From assembly GCF_000039765.1 (NCBI RefSeq), contig NC_004460.2, forward strand, positions 930,001 to 962,000: a stretch of DNA of 32,000 bases. Reading direction: 5' to 3'. Position 1 is the stretch's first letter; every line of letters begins with the position of its first letter. This document shows, in pieces, positions 28,234-32,000 of this stretch. The stretch is from Vibrio vulnificus CMCP6 (GTDB lineage: Bacteria; Pseudomonadota; Gammaproteobacteria; Enterobacterales; Vibrionaceae). Both the position numbers and the translations under genes were made by a program. Below the pieces are notes generated by a model. The model made no database searches. It was not told the origin of the DNA and saw only the letters and a program-made list of their open reading frames with translations.

Positions 28234-29064
28234 ATGCCAATGAATAATTTAAATAACCTACATGTATTTTTGTTATTAATGCAAACTCGTTCGACACAAC
28301 GCTGCGCGGCAAAACTGGGACGTTCACAATCTTACGTTTCAAAAGTTTTGGCGCAGTTGAGAGAAGAGTTGGCCGATCCACTGTTTCTACGGGAAAGTTC
28401 AGGGTTAGTACCCACTGACTATGCAAACGCCATAGAACCTAAGATTCGTATCGCCTTGGAACAAATCGACTCTGCACTCGTTCCACAGCAGTTTGATCCT
28501 TCTCAGCTTGATAAAGTCACCTTACACATTGTTGAACCTTATTTGATTCAGATCGGCAAAGCACTCATTGAAGCGATTCGAGCCGAGACCAAGGCCAAAA
28601 TAGAAATTAGACAATGGGGAGAGCACAGCGAGTCTCTTATTCTAAATGAGAGTGTCGATGTTGGCTTGCACATTATTAATGATAAGCCTCAAGCGTTCTA
28701 TCAAAAAAGAATACACTCTGGTGCAGGATATTTTGAAGGCAATAAAGAGGGCGAGTATGTGAAATTTATTGTTTCAGGAGTAAACGAATACAGTGATCAT
28801 TTTAAAACGCTCGAACCCGAGACGAATGTTGGCATTATTGTTGATAGCCACGCACTTATGATGCAGTTAATGGAAGATTGTTATACCTTGCGTTATGAAC
28901 CACATTTTTCTTCTACCAAACAGACAAGATTGAATATTGATGTCGCACTCATTACGAAAGCCTCTCTTCGCCATGCGGCAAAACAAAAATGGCTCACTGA
29001 TCTCATTATTTCAGTGGTGGAACACAATATTAAAACGCGCTGGAGCGATAAACATCACGCGTAA
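28234..29064 (+). CDS. LysR-family transcriptional regulator (divergent from FadL-like gene)
   Basis: NLHVFLLLMQTRSTQRCAAKLGRSQSYVSKVLAQLREELADPLFLRESSGLVPTDYA HTH, 276 aa. Confidence 0.85.
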   Translation: MPMNNLNNLHVFLLLMQTRSTQRCAAKLGRSQSYVSKVLAQLREELADPLFLRESSGLVPTDYANAIEPKIRIALEQIDSALVPQQFDPSQLDKVTLHIVEPYLIQIGKALIEAIRAETKAKIEIRQWGEHSESLILNESVDVGLHIINDKPQAFYQKRIHSGAGYFEGNKEGEYVKFIVSGVNEYSDHFKTLEPETNVGIIVDSHALMMQLMEDCYTLRYEPHFSSTKQTRLNIDVALITKASLRHAAKQKWLTDLIISVVEHNIKTRWSDKHHA

Positions 29065-29148
29065 TCACAAACCAATGCAAGCTCACGGTTTAAACCTTTC
29101 ATTTCCTCTTTTCAAACCGGATTGCAAACACATTGGTGAAACACAAAA

Positions 29149-29180
29149 CAAGGCCATGCGCATTTAAGCCCATGGCCTTG
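29149..29180 (-). terminator. Terminator downstream of the HlyD-like gene
   Basis: CAAGGCCATG-N12-CATGGCCTTG; minus strand continues with TTTTGTG. Confidence 0.6.
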
Positions 29181-29242
29181 ACTTTAACCACCCACACTCA
29201 CTCATTATTACGAAAGCTAAATGGCCATACCAAACGAGGCAC

Positions 29243-30274
29243 TTACATCGCCGACAAATAGGATTTATACGCTTTCAAGCGAACTGTCGCCGCACCAATG
29301 ATGTCCATAAAACCCAATAACGGATGAGGCTTGTTCGCCGAAACCCACCCAGCCCCAGTCGCGCCAATCGGTACGTTGTAACCTTCAGGTTCGATAAACT
29401 CAATAATAATGGTGCGACCATGCGAGCCCATGTTGTTGCCAACATGCTGACGAACATGCTGCGAACCGTTGATCACCGACACCGCCGCTTCACCCGTGCC
29501 AGTGGTTACGCTGTGAACTCGACCACGGAAAATTTCCCCCGGATAGGCATCCACATAGAACTCGGCAAATTGACCGACTTCAATCCCCCTAAAGGTCTGA
29601 TCGGCAATACGCATTTCGACAAACTTCTTGCTGGTGTCATAAAGATGCATGTTGCCTAAGCGCGTACCATTGACGATGTTGGTGATAGAGAGTTGACCAT
29701 CAAACGGCGCACGGATCTCGCGGCGGTCATTTTGCCACGTTGCAGTGGCGATTTGTGCTTCGATATTGAGGATTTGCGCATGCACAGAGGCAATTTTGGC
29801 TTCGGTCGATTCAATGCGCGTGCGCACATCGTCTCGTTGAAATTCCTGAGCATAGTCATTCAGCTTCTCTAATCGAGCGAGATTTTTCTTATCATTTTCA
29901 ATCTGATAAGTAAGCGCTAGAATTTCCGCTTGTGCCGCCTTCTTCTGCGCTTGCAACCCATTCATCTGAGACTCGGTGTCTTCTGTTCGTAAGGTGTAAA
30001 TCAAGTCTCCCTTTTTCACCATTTGGTTATGATCGACAAACACCTGCTCCACCTCTTGACCAATCAGCGGACTTAACACCGCATGAGGCGCCTTCACGGT
30101 GGTACTGTTGGTTAGGTCCGCCGGAGACCAAAAGCGATGCGCCGTAAACAAGGCTAAGGCAATCAATACCCCTGTGCCAACAATGATTACCGCATTCCTT
30201 AATGTCCACTTAACCAGCCCTGTTTTTACCAACAACCAGCAGATGAACACATAAGGCAACATGATTTCTTTCAT
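29243..30274 (-). CDS. HlyD/EmrA-family membrane fusion protein (YibH/YiaV-like)
   Basis: N-terminal TM, VLSPLIGQEVEQVFVDHNQMVKKGDLIYTL biotinyl-lipoyl-like motif, coiled coil, IRAPFDGQLSITNIVNGTRL second half motif. Confidence 0.9.
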   Translation of the reverse strand: MKEIMLPYVFICWLLVKTGLVKWTLRNAVIIVGTGVLIALALFTAHRFWSPADLTNSTTVKAPHAVLSPLIGQEVEQVFVDHNQMVKKGDLIYTLRTEDTESQMNGLQAQKKAAQAEILALTYQIENDKKNLARLEKLNDYAQEFQRDDVRTRIESTEAKIASVHAQILNIEAQIATATWQNDRREIRAPFDGQLSITNIVNGTRLGNMHLYDTSKKFVEMRIADQTFRGIEVGQFAEFYVDAYPGEIFRGRVHSVTTGTGEAAVSVINGSQHVRQHVGNNMGSHGRTIIIEFIEPEGYNVPIGATGAGWVSANKPHPLLGFMDIIGAATVRLKAYKSYLSAM

Positions 30275-30277
30275 CGC

Positions 30278-30784
30278 TTACTCCTTAACGCTGGTGCGGG
30301 GCTGGACGCCATTACGAATGATATTAGAGAGCTCTTTGGCCAACACATCCCAACGTGCAAACGCAATAATGATCGCCAACACCCACCACGCTTTATCGAC
30401 AAACAACCCGCACAGTGATAACGCAAAGACCAGTTGCGTGTGCGCACTCGACATTTCAGAGGCTCGATGAACAGCCACTTCGTGTAAACGCCAAAAAAGA
30501 TAAACCACATAGATAAGGACGGCGACGGTGACAAAGAAAATGAATCCCATAAAGATCTCAGAATCCAACAGGCGCAATATGCTCGGATAGCCATGAGAAA
30601 AATAGCTTTCAGGCAAGTCTTTACCGTGAATGGCCCCCAATTTGGATAGCGCAAGTGACGAGCCGACTAACGTGCCAATCACCAATAGGGCTTTAAAAAT
30701 AAACCGTAGGGTGCCCATAACGAACCTTGTTATTTTGCTGCCTAGACCTTCCTTTGGCGCTAGGGTTTCTGCAGAGGTAGACAT
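30278..30784 (-). CDS. Small multi-spanning inner-membrane protein, partner of the MFP
   Basis: 168 aa with 3-4 hydrophobic segments; stop only 3 nt upstream of the HlyD-like start, so likely co-translated. Confidence 0.75.
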   Translation of the reverse strand: MSTSAETLAPKEGLGSKITRFVMGTLRFIFKALLVIGTLVGSSLALSKLGAIHGKDLPESYFSHGYPSILRLLDSEIFMGFIFFVTVAVLIYVVYLFWRLHEVAVHRASEMSSAHTQLVFALSLCGLFVDKAWWVLAIIIAFARWDVLAKELSNIIRNGVQPRTSVKE

Positions 30785-30917
30785 GATGTAGAGCCTTGTT
30801 TTATTGGTATATTGAGCGGCACATTTTACAAAACTCGCCCAGTCAATTCGGAATTTTCGCTATTCCAAACCTTGGGCGTTTTTTGCACTTTTCTTGATTT
30901 AACGTCAGGAAGTGAAA

Positions 30918-30943
30918 AATCCCTCAACCGAAGTTGAGGGATT
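30918..30943 (-). terminator. Rho-independent terminator of the alkylsulfatase gene
   Basis: Minus strand AATCCCTCAAC-TTCG-GTTGAGGGATT followed by TTTC; UUCG tetraloop, perfect 11-bp stem. Confidence 0.85.
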
Positions 30944-30958
30944 AGGGGTTAGCACTTT

Positions 30959-32000
30959 CTATGCTTTTTTATTCGGCATTGGAAGAATCTCAAACAAGCC
31001 ATCAAACTCATCTAAACATTCCGACAGTGCTTTTATCAGTTGGGCATCCCCTTTCAGGTTTGCCTTTCCTTCTTTCACTAGCTTATCTAACGTTGTTTTA
31101 CCTAGTACAATTTGCGTTAAGTCGCTCTTACTGATGCTTAGAGTCACATCGGTATTCGGTAACTTATCCACTTGAATATTGGCCATGTTCGCGTTGGACA
31201 CTTCACCGTAGTAATGCTCTTTCAGCTCTGGATGTGATACACCAAAGCGGAAATCCAGCCCCGCTTGCTCTGCTTTCGTCGCGTTGAGCTTCACCGCTAA
31301 GAAATCAAGGAACATACCCGTTGGGGTGTTGGCAATCACATCGGCCGATGCTGCTTTGATCGATGGACGAATTTCTCCGGTTCTCAACTCAACCGCGCCT
31401 TGCAGATACGAGTTGCGCCACGCCATAGTTTCCGACTGGTAGCCTTGCTGTTCAAAGCTGTCAGCTAACGCAAAACGGTATTGGATATTGTTCGGGTCAC
31501 ACTGAACCAAGTCGTTAAATAGCTGCGATGCTTGCTGATATTCCCCTTTGGCGAAGTGTGTTTGCCCCGCTTTGTATAGCGTTTGTGCGCCAGCGGCTTC
31601 GACGTAAACGCACGATTTATCCTGAGTCGCCAGTGGGTTCGTGTTCACCGGGTTCATATCGTGATAGCCAAGATACAAGTTCACCACAGCTCGAGCGTTA
31701 TGGCTGTAGGAGCCATGGTAACCATTGGTGTGCCAGGTTTCTTTTTGCGTTTGAGGCACAATTTTCTCAATCTCACGGCCCACATCGTGAATGGTCACGC
31801 CATGATTTGCTAAGCGCATCGACTGGTTATGAATAAACCCATAGTTGTCGCGCTGCAGGGTCATGTATTGTGAAATCTCATTCACTTCAGTGTGCGGATC
31901 ATTCCACACTGGCGCTGAGTGCGCGGCGTGAATGTTGTCCACCAAACCGCTGTCGACAAAACGCAGTTTCAGCTCGGTGAGGTATTTGGTCCACGCCAAG
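30959..32000 (-). CDS. Alkyl/aryl sulfatase, SdsA1/YjcS-like (C-terminal part; 5' end beyond window)
   Basis: HTNGYHGSYSHNARAVVNLYLGYHDMNP, tetratricopeptide-like dimerisation region (AKGEYQQASQLFNDLVQCDPNNIQYRFALADSFEQQGYQSE, WRNSYLQGAVELR), C-terminal SCP2-like domain; frame open to window end, the TTG at 31999 is not the real start. Confidence 0.85.
   Translation of the reverse strand, partial: LAWTKYLTELKLRFVDSGLVDNIHAAHSAPVWNDPHTEVNEISQYMTLQRDNYGFIHNQSMRLANHGVTIHDVGREIEKIVPQTQKETWHTNGYHGSYSHNARAVVNLYLGYHDMNPVNTNPLATQDKSCVYVEAAGAQTLYKAGQTHFAKGEYQQASQLFNDLVQCDPNNIQYRFALADSFEQQGYQSETMAWRNSYLQGAVELRTGEIRPSIKAASADVIANTPTGMFLDFLAVKLNATKAEQAGLDFRFGVSHPELKEHYYGEVSNANMANIQVDKLPNTDVTLSISKSDLTQIVLGKTTLDKLVKEGKANLKGDAQLIKALSECLDEFDGLFEILPMPNKKA

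Noticed and set aside
1-32000. Prophage, integron, transposon or defence island
   Set aside because: No integrase/transposase, attC-like array, tRNA-flanked boundary, toxin-antitoxin pair or known defence domain found on either strand; gene set is metabolic, regulatory and envelope-related.

Overview
32 kb of ordinary, densely coding gammaproteobacterial chromosome. Gene content and protein style look Vibrio-like, possibly the second chromosome; this is inference, with no database check. I find about 20 real genes, no rRNA or tRNA, no CRISPR array, and no recognisable transposase or integrase. Main modules: partial ABC-F ATPase; small outer-membrane beta-barrel protein; ferric-reductase-like membrane flavoprotein; a LacI/GntR-like repressor divergent from a three-gene SgaT/UlaA-type PTS; peptide deformylase; a large secreted M66 (TagA/StcE-like) metalloprotease; PaeA/YtfL; GNAT; aldehyde dehydrogenase divergent from an AcoR-like sigma-54 activator; a periplasmic binding protein translationally coupled to a membrane diguanylate cyclase; GST, LysR, PhzF-like and LuxR-type proteins; a tyrosyl-tRNA synthetase; Gfo/Idh/MocA oxidoreductase; FadL-like porin, LysR, HlyD-like MFP plus small membrane protein; partial alkylsulfatase. 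The signals most worth a second look are: (1) the binding-protein + GGDEF pair, a candidate LuxPQ/NspS-MbaA-like c-di-GMP input system; (2) three TGATAGCGCTATCA-type operators between the LacI-family gene and the orphan PTS; (3) a -24/-12 promoter plus paired TGTnnCA-N3-TGGnACA dyads at the AcoR/ALDH locus; (4) a (GGGACTA)3(GGGGCTA)7 heptamer array with G-quadruplex potential; (5) a hairpin overlapping the tyrS Shine-Dalgarno. I did not find a convincingly novel defence or mobile system.
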